Shown in pieces: positions 47,423 through 62,336 of a stretch of 64,000 bases of DNA. How positions within the stretch are numbered: the first letter of the stretch is position 1; the number at the start of each line of letters is the position of its first letter. The translations under genes and the position numbers were made by a program. This DNA is from Acidimicrobiales bacterium. GTDB lineage: Bacteria > Actinomycetota > Acidimicrobiia > Acidimicrobiales > Bog-793. The notes beneath the pieces were generated by a model, which saw nothing but the letters and a program-made list of their open reading frames with translations, was not told the DNA's origin and made no database searches. The stretch covers positions 5,091 to 69,090 of the forward strand of contig JBEKLQ010000001.1 of the NCBI GenBank assembly GCA_050010115.1, given 5' to 3'.

Positions 47423-48151
47423 GTGAGCGCGCTCCGCGCTGTCGACCTCGACCTTCTCGGAGGCCCACGGCCGCCGGCGGCCGAGGCTTCCGAAGCGCTC
47501 GTCGCACGCGCTCGTGACGGGGACAAGTCTGCGTTCGAGGAGCTCGTCCGGCTCACCTCCCCGGCTTGCTACGCGCTGGCGTTCCGTCTCGTCGGGAACG
47601 AGGACGACGCACGAGATGTCGTGCAGGATGCCTACCTCCGGGCGTACCGGGGGTTGAGGCGGTTCCGGGGGGAGGCGGGTTTTGCGACATGGTTGCACCG
47701 CATCACGGTGAACTGCGCTGCGACGCTCCTGGAACGTCGCAGCAAGGCGTCGTGCGACCAGCTCGATGACCTCGACGATTCGGCGCAGCTGATCGAGAGC
47801 CGCTCGGAGCGGGACCCCGAATCAGCCGCGAGCACGGCGGACGACCGTGAGCGCTTGGTCGAGGCTCTCGGCGAGCTGCCTGACCAGCTCCGGCTCGTCG
47901 TCGTCCTGCGGGATGTCTACGACCTCTCGCACCGGGAGATCGCGAAGGAGCTCGGCATCAGCCAAGCCGCCGCGAAGGTCCGCCTCCACCGGGCGCGCCG
48001 GCGCTTGCGCGAGCGGTTGTTCCCCGGGCGGCGGCCAAAGGTCGAGCCGGAGGACCCGATGCCGGAGGACCCGATGCCGGAGGACCCGATGTCGGAGCAC
48101 CCGATGCCGGAGCAGCCTGCCCCGCTGGTGGAGCTGGAGCACTCGGCGTGA
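47423..48151 (+). CDS. ECF (group IV) sigma-70 factor with a C-terminal PEDPM repeat tail
   Basis: Region 2 'DDARDVVQDAYLRAYRGLRRFRGEAGFATWLHRITVN' and region 4 'LRDVYDLSHREIAKELGISQAAAKVRLHRARRRL'. Confidence 0.9.
   Translation: MSALRAVDLDLLGGPRPPAAEASEALVARARDGDKSAFEELVRLTSPACYALAFRLVGNEDDARDVVQDAYLRAYRGLRRFRGEAGFATWLHRITVNCAATLLERRSKASCDQLDDLDDSAQLIESRSERDPESAASTADDRERLVEALGELPDQLRLVVVLRDVYDLSHREIAKELGISQAAAKVRLHRARRRLRERLFPGRRPKVEPEDPMPEDPMPEDPMSEHPMPEQPAPLVELEHSA
48046..48115. repeat. In-frame 15-bp tandem repeat, about 4.5 copies (GCCGGAGGACCCGAT), at the 3' end of the sigma gene
   Basis: Units at 48046, 48061, 48076, 48091 and 48106. They encode 'PEDPMPEDPMPEDPMSEHPMPEQP'. Confidence 0.88.
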
Positions 48152-48672
48152 GTCGGTTCGGGGACACGGCGATCGCTGTCGCCACGCGCCGGTCCTGGGC
48201 CTCGATGGCTCGCCCACGCCGGCGGATTGGGTCCGTGAGCTGTGCCGAGGTGGCCGCCGAGCTGCCTGGCATCCTGGACGATCGCCTGCCTGCTGCCGCG
48301 CCACTCGTGTCGCACGTCGAGAGCTGCCTGTTCTGCCAGGCGGAGGTCGCTCGTTACCGCCGGCTCGTGCGCCTGCTCCACCAACTGCGGACGGCCGATG
48401 TCGAGCCACCGCCGGGTGTGGTGGCCGACGTGCTCGCCGTCGTCGGCAGCGCGGCCAACCGCCGGATGATCCGGTCGGTGCTCGACGGACGGCGCCTGGC
48501 CTACGCGGGAACGGTCCTGGCGGCCGGCGGAGCAGCCGCCGGATTGGTGGCGCTGGCGAGGGCGCACACCCGCCATGTAGTACCGGCTGGAGCTGGTGCT
48601 ATCGTGATGGCGCCCGGCGTGCTCGGTGCTCAGCGGGGTGGCGGGCTTGAACGCCCGTCCGGAGGGCAGTAG
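48148..48672 (+). CDS. Zinc-binding (ZAS, zf-HC2) anti-sigma factor with one TM segment
   Basis: The GTG overlaps the sigma stop (GTGA). H-x3-C-x2-C motif 'HVESCLFCQ' with an upstream Cys ('SCAEVAAEL'). TM segment 'LAYAGTVLAAGGAAAGLVALA'. Confidence 0.82.
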   Translation: MSRFGDTAIAVATRRSWASMARPRRRIGSVSCAEVAAELPGILDDRLPAAAPLVSHVESCLFCQAEVARYRRLVRLLHQLRTADVEPPPGVVADVLAVVGSAANRRMIRSVLDGRRLAYAGTVLAAGGAAAGLVALARAHTRHVVPAGAGAIVMAPGVLGAQRGGGLERPSGGQ

Positions 48673-48735
48673 CTCAACTGGCAGAGCACCGGTCTCCAAA
48701 ACCGGCGGTTGGGGGTTCGAGTCCCTCCTGCCCTG
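48663..48735 (+). tRNA. tRNA-Trp (CCA)
   Basis: Acceptor AGGGCAG/CTGCCCT, anticodon loop 'CTCCAAA', T-loop TTCGAGT. Sits in the canonical position upstream of secE-nusG. Its 5' end overlaps the last 10 nt of the anti-sigma ORF. Confidence 0.94.
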
Positions 48736-48788
48736 CACAATCAGCATTTCCATAGGTCCATTTGCTCAAATCGAGCCGAGGTCACGCA

Positions 48789-49121
48789 ATGAATCGAGAA
48801 ACCAAGCGCATGCTGCAGCGCCAGGGCCAGCTCGGGCCCGACGGAGCGCCACTGGCGGCCGGTCGCGAGCAGCGCGCCTCGGCGGCGACCACCCGGGCCG
48901 CGGCGGCGCAGCAGGCTGAGCGGCCGAGTTTCTTGCAACGAGTGTCCGAGTACCTCCGAGAGGTACGCAACGAGCTGGTCAAGGTGGCCTGGCCGGGACG
49001 TGCCGAGGTCATCAAGTACACGATCGTGGTGTTCTCCACCATCGTCCTGCTCACCTCGACGGTGTTCGGGCTCGACTTCGTGTTCGCCAAGTTCGTGATC
49101 TTCCTGTTCCCTGCGAAATAA
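48789..49121 (+). CDS. secE: Preprotein translocase subunit SecE
   Basis: '[52 protein letters not shown]'. ATG 48789 is preferred over TTG 48762. Confidence 0.9.
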   Translation: MNRETKRMLQRQGQLGPDGAPLAAGREQRASAATTRAAAAQQAERPSFLQRVSEYLREVRNELVKVAWPGRAEVIKYTIVVFSTIVLLTSTVFGLDFVFAKFVIFLFPAK

Positions 49122-49149
49122 CACCAATAAGACCAATCGAGATCAAATC

Positions 49150-49905
49150 GTGAGTGACGAGACCACCTACCTTGACGACGCCTCCGCGGAAGCTGCCCCG
49201 GAGGATGTTGACGCGCCGGACGCCGAGGCGTCCGCCGACGCTGCCGAGGCTGTTGCCGAGCCTGCTGCCGAGCCTGCTGCCGAGGAGGTTGCAGAGCTCT
49301 TCGCCGGCGCCGACGGCGGGGACGAGGAGGAGGAGCCTCGTGAGCGTCCGCCGAGCCCGTACGACCGGCCCGGCCGGTGGTACGTCGTGCACACCTACGC
49401 CGGCTACGAGAACAAGGTGAAGTCCAACCTCGAGAGCCGCATCTCCTCCATGAACATGGAGGAGCGCATCTACGAGGTCGTGATCCCGATGGAAGAGGTC
49501 ATCGAGGTCAAGAATGGCAAGCGGGTGCCGGTCCAGCGCAAAGTCTTCCCCGGCTACCTCCTCTGCCGCTGCGAGCTCGACGACGATTCGTGGTCGGTCA
49601 TCCGCCAGACGCCGGGTGTGACGAGTTTCGTCGGCCCCGGCACGAAACCCACCCCGCTTCCCCGTGGGGAGATCGAAGCGATCCTGCAGGTGCGGCCCGA
49701 GGGCGCCGAGGGCCAGAAGCGGCCGAAGGCTCGCCTGGAGCACGAAGTGGGAGAGACCGTTCGCGTGAAGGAGGGGCCGTTCGCGGACTTCTCCGGCCAG
49801 ATCGCGGAGATCAACGAGGACCAGCTGAAGCTGAAGGTCCTGGTCAACATCTTCGGCCGGGAGACCCCGGTCGAGCTCGAATTCAGTCAGGTCGCCAAGC
49901 TCTAG
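49150..49905 (+). CDS. nusG: Transcription termination/antitermination factor NusG, with an acidic N-terminal extension
   Basis: NGN domain '[20 protein letters not shown]' and KOW domain '[43 protein letters not shown]'. Confidence 0.94.
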   Translation: MSDETTYLDDASAEAAPEDVDAPDAEASADAAEAVAEPAAEPAAEEVAELFAGADGGDEEEEPRERPPSPYDRPGRWYVVHTYAGYENKVKSNLESRISSMNMEERIYEVVIPMEEVIEVKNGKRVPVQRKVFPGYLLCRCELDDDSWSVIRQTPGVTSFVGPGTKPTPLPRGEIEAILQVRPEGAEGQKRPKARLEHEVGETVRVKEGPFADFSGQIAEINEDQLKLKVLVNIFGRETPVELEFSQVAKL

Positions 49906-49953
49906 GCCGTCGGCCGCTGAGCGCAGGCACAACAAGGAGAGAGACGCACCACC

Positions 49954-50379
49954 ATGGCACGTCGCCGCGTCACCGCTGTAGTGAAGATCCAGTTGCCCGC
50001 CGGGGCGGCCACTCCCGCGCCCCCGGTCGGAACGGCGCTCGGTCCACACGGCGTGCAGACGATGGAGTTCTGCAAGCAGTACAACGCCGCCACGGAGAAC
50101 CAGCGCGGGACGATCATCCCCGTCGAGATCACGATCTACGAGGACCGGTCGTTCACCTTCGTGCTGAAGACCCCTCCGACGACCGTGTTGTTGCGGGAGG
50201 CGGCTGGCGTCGAGAAGGGCGCCCAGCTGGTCGGGCGGGAGATCGCCGGAACGGTCACCGACTCCCAGCTCACCGAGATCGCAGAGAAGAAGATGCCCGA
50301 CCTGAACGCGAACGACCTCGAGGCGGCTAAGCGCCAGGTCGCGGGTACCGCCCGGTCGATGGGCATCTCGGTCGCCTGA
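49954..50379 (+). CDS. rplK: 50S ribosomal protein L11
   Basis: '[37 protein letters not shown]'. Confidence 0.96.
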   Translation: MARRRVTAVVKIQLPAGAATPAPPVGTALGPHGVQTMEFCKQYNAATENQRGTIIPVEITIYEDRSFTFVLKTPPTTVLLREAAGVEKGAQLVGREIAGTVTDSQLTEIAEKKMPDLNANDLEAAKRQVAGTARSMGISVA

Positions 50380-50413
50380 CGCGCGGACGACTGAGCACCG
50401 AAAGGGATATGAC

Positions 50414-51136
50414 GTGAGCAACGGAAAGCGATACACCGACCTGCTGAAGCGGTTTGACCGCCAGCGCCTGTACTCGCCGCTCGAGGCCATCGACCTCGTG
50501 AAAAGCCTTGCGGTTGCCAAGTTCGACGAGACGATCGAGATGGCCGTGCGCCTCGGGGTCGACCCTCGCCGTGCCGACCAGATCGTCCGAGGGTCGCTGG
50601 CACTGCCGGCCGGCACCGGCCGGACCAAGCGCGTCGCCGTCTTCGCCGCGGGTGAGGCTGCCGACGAGGCTCGTGCCGCCGGCGCCGACGTCGTGGGCTC
50701 AGACGACTTGGTGGCGAGGATCGAGAAGGAAGGGTTTCTCGAGTTCGACGTCGCAATCGCCACTCCCGACCTCATGGCGCAGGTCGGCCGGCTCGGGCGC
50801 GTCCTCGGGCCCCGAGGGTTGATGCCCAACCCGAAGACCGGCACCGTCACCACCGACGTCGCTCGGGCCGTGAGCGAATTCCGGGGCGGCCGCGTCGAGT
50901 ACCGCACCGACCGTGTGGGCAACATCCACGTGCCGATCGGGAAGGCATCCTTCGAGCGCGAGCAGCTGATCGAGAACTTCCGTGCCGTCGTCGACGAGCT
51001 GCTCCGTGTGAAGCCAGCCGCTGCGAAGGGGCGCTACATCCGTTCGGTCACGCTGAGCTCCACCCAGGGACCGGGCGTCCATATGGACCCGACGCGGGTG
51101 CGCATCACCGACGAGGAGCTCGCCGCAACCGCTTGA
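50414..51136 (+). CDS. rplA: 50S ribosomal protein L1
   Basis: 'KFDETIEMAVRLGVDPRRADQIVRGSLALPAGTGR' and 'GPRGLMPNPKTGTVT'. Confidence 0.96.
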   Translation: MSNGKRYTDLLKRFDRQRLYSPLEAIDLVKSLAVAKFDETIEMAVRLGVDPRRADQIVRGSLALPAGTGRTKRVAVFAAGEAADEARAAGADVVGSDDLVARIEKEGFLEFDVAIATPDLMAQVGRLGRVLGPRGLMPNPKTGTVTTDVARAVSEFRGGRVEYRTDRVGNIHVPIGKASFEREQLIENFRAVVDELLRVKPAAAKGRYIRSVTLSSTQGPGVHMDPTRVRITDEELAATA

Positions 51137-51186
51137 GCGCTTCGCTCGTAGCGCGGGCGGTTGGAGGGCTGCGCTGGGCCAGCTGG

Positions 51187-51236
51187 CTGGGCGATTGGGC
51201 GTTGGGCGTTCGGCGTTGGGCGTTGGGCGTTGGGCG
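51187..51236. repeat. Intergenic heptamer tandem repeat (TTGGGCG, about 7 copies)
   Basis: Read directly: CTGGGCG ATTGGGCG TTGGGCG TTCGGCG TTGGGCG TTGGGCG TTGGGCG. An unusually AT-rich 60-nt stretch (51245-51310) follows. Confidence 0.85.
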
Positions 51237-51299
51237 GGAGAGCCGGGCATAATGTCAATTCCGAGAGTTGCCACTTAGCAATAAGTAAGAAGTTTCGAA

Positions 51300-51594
51300 A
51301 TTAGATGTACCCACCGCCCGGAAGAGCGAATTCGTCGCCGGCGAGACGGTTACGCCTGCCGCAGGCCTGATAGGCGATGTCGCCCGTGCAGAGGCCTCCT
51401 TGCCGTCGGCTACGATGTCTCCTCACAACTGACCAAGTCGCCAGAGACATCCGGTGCACCACGGTGCTCAAAGGGCTTCGGCCCGCCCGACGAGGCGAAG
51501 TCGTAAGGCTTCCTTTCGTCCGCGCCGTGCAGCACCCGAGTTGACGACCGGGTCGCACAGATCGCAAGTTACGAAGACGACGAAGGGAGTGCAG
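51300..51594 (+). promoter_or_regulatory. Long structured 5' leader of rplJ-rplL (candidate L10 autoregulatory leader)
   Basis: About 300 nt of non-coding sequence lies between the AT-rich island and GTG 51595. It contains the hairpins GATGTCTC(51414-21)/GAGACATC(51444-51) and GGGC-UUCG-GCCC (51473-84). The function is inferred from its position only. Confidence 0.3.
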
Positions 51595-52599
51595 GTGGCT
51601 GGCCCAAGAGCCGAAAAGATCGCCGTGGTCGAGGAGGTCCGAGGCCACCTCGAGCAGGCGGACGCCGCCATCCTCACCGAGTACCGGGGCCTCAAGGTCA
51701 CCGATCTTTCCACGCTGCGCCGAGCGCTGCGCGCCGCCGGTGCGGACTACAAGATCTACAAGAACACCCTGGTCAAGCGTGCTACTGCCGACACTCGCCA
51801 CGCCGTGATCGGCACGCTGCTCGAGGGTCCCACCGCGATCGCCTTCGTGGAGCACGACGTAGCGGCGGCGGCGAAGGTCCTGCGGGAGTTCGCCAAGACG
51901 CACCCGGCGCTTGTAGTGAAGGGGAGTTTCATCGGCTCGGGCCTCCTCGACGCTCGGACGACCAACGCCCTCGCCGACCTTCCGTCCCGTGAGGTGCTGC
52001 TCGCTCAGATCGCCGGAGCGCTGGCCGCACCGTTGCGCCAGTTCGCCAGCTTGCTGAAGGCGCTTCCGCAGAACCTCGCCTACGGGCTCTCGGCGCTCAT
52101 CGACCAGCGGGTGGCTGGCGGGGAGCTTCTGCCCGCCGTCGCCGACGTCGCCCCAGCCGCCGACGTCGCCCCAGCCGCCGACGTCGCCCCAGCCGCCGAC
52201 GTCGCCCCAGCCGCCGACGTCGCCCCAGCCGCCGACGTCGCCCCAGCCGAGCAAGCTGCACCAGCTGAGGTCGCCGCAGAGGAGGCACCCGCCGAGGAAG
52301 CCGCACCAGCTGAGGCTGCAGCGGAGGCACCGGCGGAGGCCGGGGCTGCAGCCGCCGACGAGGCAGCGCCGGCTGAGGCTGCCGTCGTCGAAGGGCGGAC
52401 GGATGAGGCCGCGGCCGATGTGAGCGCCTCCGGGGACGCTGATGATGCGGAGGGCGAGGTTTCGAGCCCCGAAGCATCATCGGAGGCCTCGGCTGCCGCC
52501 GAGGCGGAGGGCGAGGTTTCGAGCCCGGAGGCATTATCAGTGGCCCCGCCAGCCGGCGATGCCGAAGAGAGCGACACCACTGACGAGAGCGCCGAGTAG
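51595..52599 (+). CDS. rplJ: 50S ribosomal protein L10 with a ~160-aa acidic Ala/Pro-rich C-terminal extension
   Basis: GTG 51595 follows a GAAGGGAG RBS. The core 'KIAVVEEVRGHLEQADAAILTEYRGLKVTDLSTLRRALRAAGADYKIYKNTL...' is a typical L10 (~175 aa). The frame then stays open to 52599, giving 334 aa. Confidence 0.88.
   Translation: MAGPRAEKIAVVEEVRGHLEQADAAILTEYRGLKVTDLSTLRRALRAAGADYKIYKNTLVKRATADTRHAVIGTLLEGPTAIAFVEHDVAAAAKVLREFAKTHPALVVKGSFIGSGLLDARTTNALADLPSREVLLAQIAGALAAPLRQFASLLKALPQNLAYGLSALIDQRVAGGELLPAVADVAPAADVAPAADVAPAADVAPAADVAPAADVAPAEQAAPAEVAAEEAPAEEAAPAEAAAEAPAEAGAAAADEAAPAEAAVVEGRTDEAAADVSASGDADDAEGEVSSPEASSEASAAAEAEGEVSSPEALSVAPPAGDAEESDTTDESAE
52141..52248. repeat. In-frame 18-bp tandem repeat x6 (GCCGACGTCGCCCCAGCC) within the rplJ tail
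   Basis: Six perfect units at 52141, 52159, 52177, 52195, 52213 and 52231. They encode (ADVAPA)x6. Confidence 0.92.
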
Positions 52600-52651
52600 C
52601 GCTCCGTCTTGATCTGACGACCCACTAGCAGGAAACGACAGGGAGCAACTG

Positions 52652-53032
52652 ATGGCAACCAAGGAAGAGATCCTCGACGGCATCGCCAGCATGACCGTCC
52701 TCGAGCTGAGCGAGCTCCTGAAGGAGTTCGAGGAGCGTTTTGGCGTTACGGCCGCCGCCCCGGTCGCCGTTGCGGCTGCCCCTGCCGGCGCCGGCGAGGC
52801 CGCTCCGGTCGAGGAAGAGCAGGACGAGTTCGACGTCATCCTCACGGCCGCCGGCGACAAGAAGATCCAGGTCATCAAGGAGGTCCGTTCGCTCACGAAC
52901 CTCGGCCTCAAGGAGGCCAAGGACCTGGTCGACGGCGCGCCGAAGCCCGTGCTCGAGAAGGTGACGAAGGAAGACGCCGAGAAGGCCAAGGCCCAGCTCG
53001 AGACCGCCGGCGCCTCCGTCGAGCTCAAGTAG
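52652..53032 (+). CDS. rplL: 50S ribosomal protein L7/L12
   Basis: '[26 protein letters not shown]', an Ala/Pro hinge, and '[32 protein letters not shown]'. Confidence 0.96.
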   Translation: MATKEEILDGIASMTVLELSELLKEFEERFGVTAAAPVAVAAAPAGAGEAAPVEEEQDEFDVILTAAGDKKIQVIKEVRSLTNLGLKEAKDLVDGAPKPVLEKVTKEDAEKAKAQLETAGASVELK

Positions 53033-53043
53033 TCAGGGGCGGG

Positions 53044-53067
53044 GGGCGCCGGGCTTGCCCGGCGCCC
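53044..53067 (+). terminator. Perfect GC hairpin just after rplL (attenuator/terminator candidate, no U-tract)
   Basis: GGGCGCCGGGC-TT-GCCCGGCGCCC, effectively a 10-bp stem with a CTTG loop, lies 12 nt after the rplL stop. This is the classical position of the rplL-rpoB attenuator. Confidence 0.45.
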
Positions 53068-53100
53068 GATCGCCCGATCCGGTGGCGGAGGGATTATCCC

Positions 53101-53182
53101 TTGACGCCGGGCGGCGCTTCCCGTACCCTTCCCCGGGGCAAGTTGCCCGGGTGTTGCTCGCGCGTCCTGACGCGAGTATGCT
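53101..53182 (+). promoter_or_regulatory. Two candidate sigma-70-like promoters in the rplL-rpoB spacer
   Basis: TTGACG(53101)-17 nt-TACCCT(53124) and TTGCTC(53154)-17 nt-TATGCT(53177). Hexamer matches only, with no experimental support. Confidence 0.3.
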
Positions 53183-53298
53183 GTTCTGTTGCCGTGCCCT
53201 CCCCGCGCTTGATTGCAATCTCCTGTCTACCTTGACGCGCGCCCGGGCACGGACCGTCCCGAGTTCCCGGTCGTCTCGTTTTCGCGAGGAGTAGAGCC

Positions 53299-56877
<3,579 letters not shown>

Positions 56878-56878
56878 G

Positions 56879-60997
<4,119 letters not shown>

Positions 60998-61107
60998 CTT
61001 TCTTTGTAGCGCCCACGCGGGGCGTCGGTGCTCCGGGCTCGAAACCTAACCCGGTTCACCGCCGCCCCGCGTGCCGCGTGCCGCGTGCCGCGTGCCGCGT
61101 ACGGGGC

Positions 61108-61141
61108 GGCGCCGGCGCCGGCGCTGGCGCCGGCGCCGTTT
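61108..61141 (+). terminator. Intrinsic-terminator-like hairpin after rpoC (12-bp perfect stem, then GTTT)
   Basis: GGCGCCGGCGCC (61108-19), loop GGCGCT, GGCGCCGGCGCC (61126-37), then GTTTGG. It is preceded by a second hairpin, CCGCCCCG...CGGGGCGG, whose loop is 4x GCGTGCC (61069-61100). Confidence 0.5.
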
Positions 61142-61346
61142 GGCTCGTGACGCACGGCGACGGAAGCAGACTGGGTGCACAGCGTGTCGTAAACGAGCCC
61201 GTTACAACACGCTGTGCACCCAGACGGCGTTGAGGGCAGGTGCGCCGCTCGGATCGGGGGCGTAGTCAGAGACGCTCGGATGCTCTAGGTTGGCATCGGT
61301 GACCGAGAGCCCGACCGGCGACGTGGCGTCAGCGGCTGTCGCCGGC

Positions 61347-61406
61347 ACACCAGCCCCTTCGACACCAGCCCCTTCGACACCAGCCCCTTCGACACCAGCT
61401 CCTCTC
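61347..61406. repeat. 15-bp tandem repeat, about 4 copies (ACACCAGCCCCTTCG), in a probably non-coding region
   Basis: Units at 61347, 61362, 61377 and a diverged one at 61392. Confidence 0.8.
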
Positions 61407-61478
61407 GTGCCGACGGCGGACCCTCCGGTGCCAGCGGCACACGCGTTCCCAGCCGGAGCCGACGCCCCGTTTCCGGCC

Positions 61479-61514
61479 GTGCCTGCTAAGGCACCCGTGC
61501 CTGCTAAGGCACCC
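61479..61514. repeat. 18-bp tandem repeat x2, each unit a small hairpin (GTGCC-TGCTAA-GGCAC)
   Basis: GTGCCTGCTAAGGCACCC at 61479-61496 and 61497-61514, ending 18 nt upstream of ATG 61533. Confidence 0.8.
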
Positions 61515-61532
61515 GCGCCTGCCTCCGCACCC

Positions 61533-62144
61533 ATGGTGGCCCAGCCGGCCGACCCGCAGCAGCTGCTCAGGGTGTCCGACTCCGAGCGCGAGCACGTGGT
61601 CACGTTGTTGACCGACGCCTGCGCCGAAGGGCGGCTGACCCTCGAGGAGATGGGTGCCCGCGTGGGCTCGGCCTACAACGCCGTGACCCGGGCGGATCTC
61701 GTGCCGCTCACCGTGGACCTGCCGGTGGGGTCGATGGCGCCGGCACAGGCGCCGGTGCCGGCGGCGGCGCCGGCGGCGGCGGATCTCGTGTACGGCAAAC
61801 CGCCTCGCAAGCACAAGAAGTGGCTGGTCACGGTGATGGGGGAGCTGAAGCGCGGCGTCCCCCGCCTCGAGGAGCACACAGTCGTCGTGACGGTGATGGG
61901 GGAGTCCAAGCTCGACCTCCGTCGGGCGCTCATCGATAGCCCCCACATCGAGCTGCACACGTACCTGCTCATGGGCGAGCAGCAGATCGTGGTGCCCGAG
62001 GGCGTGGAGGTCGACGTGACCGGCTTTGTGTTCATGGGCGAGAAACGCGTCGATGTCGCCGACATCCGCCCTCGCCCCGGCGTACCTCGCCTGCACATCC
62101 GAGTGATCGGGATGATGGGCGAGATCAAGATCCGTACCGGGTGA
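61533..62144 (+). CDS. DUF1707-domain protein with a LiaF-like C-terminal beta-rich domain
   Basis: 'LRVSDSEREHVVTLLTDACAEGRLTLEEMGARVGSAY' (DUF1707), plus 'VTVMGELKR...VTVMGESKLDLR...LMGEQQIVVPEGVEV...FMGEKRV'. ATG 61533 is preferred over TTG 61290 because third-position GC drops sharply upstream of it (manual count). Confidence 0.75.
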   Translation: MVAQPADPQQLLRVSDSEREHVVTLLTDACAEGRLTLEEMGARVGSAYNAVTRADLVPLTVDLPVGSMAPAQAPVPAAAPAAADLVYGKPPRKHKKWLVTVMGELKRGVPRLEEHTVVVTVMGESKLDLRRALIDSPHIELHTYLLMGEQQIVVPEGVEVDVTGFVFMGEKRVDVADIRPRPGVPRLHIRVIGMMGEIKIRTG

Positions 62145-62276
62145 TTACAGGCTCGCGCCCCGGTCATGTGAAGTCGGTGTGGGCCGGGCGTTCCCGATCC
62201 GTCCGTTCGGTCCGCACCGGCCACCCCCGCACCCGTCCACGCGCCGGCCCGGGCGTCCGTGTGGCAAGCCCCAGCG

Positions 62277-62323
62277 CCGGCCTTCTATCCGGCCTTCTAT
62301 CCGGCCTTCTATCCGGCCTTCAG
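62277..62323. repeat. Intergenic 12-bp tandem repeat, about 3.9 copies (CCGGCCTTCTAT)
   Basis: Units at 62277, 62289, 62301 and a partial one at 62313. Confidence 0.88.
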
Positions 62324-62336
62324 TGTCGCCCAAGCG

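Noticed and set aside
53055-53294. A 79-aa ORF in the rplL-rpoB spacer.
   Set aside because: It has no RBS and no recognisable motif. It spans the attenuator hairpin and the candidate rpoB promoters, so it is most likely non-coding spacer.
61290-61532. A Pro/Ala/Thr-rich N-terminal extension of the DUF1707 protein, from TTG 61290.
   Set aside because: Third-position GC is much lower than in the downstream coding part (manual count, about 63% versus more than 90%). The DUF1707 domain normally starts at the protein N-terminus, and the region is made up of tandem repeats. It is kept as a finding because the question is not settled.
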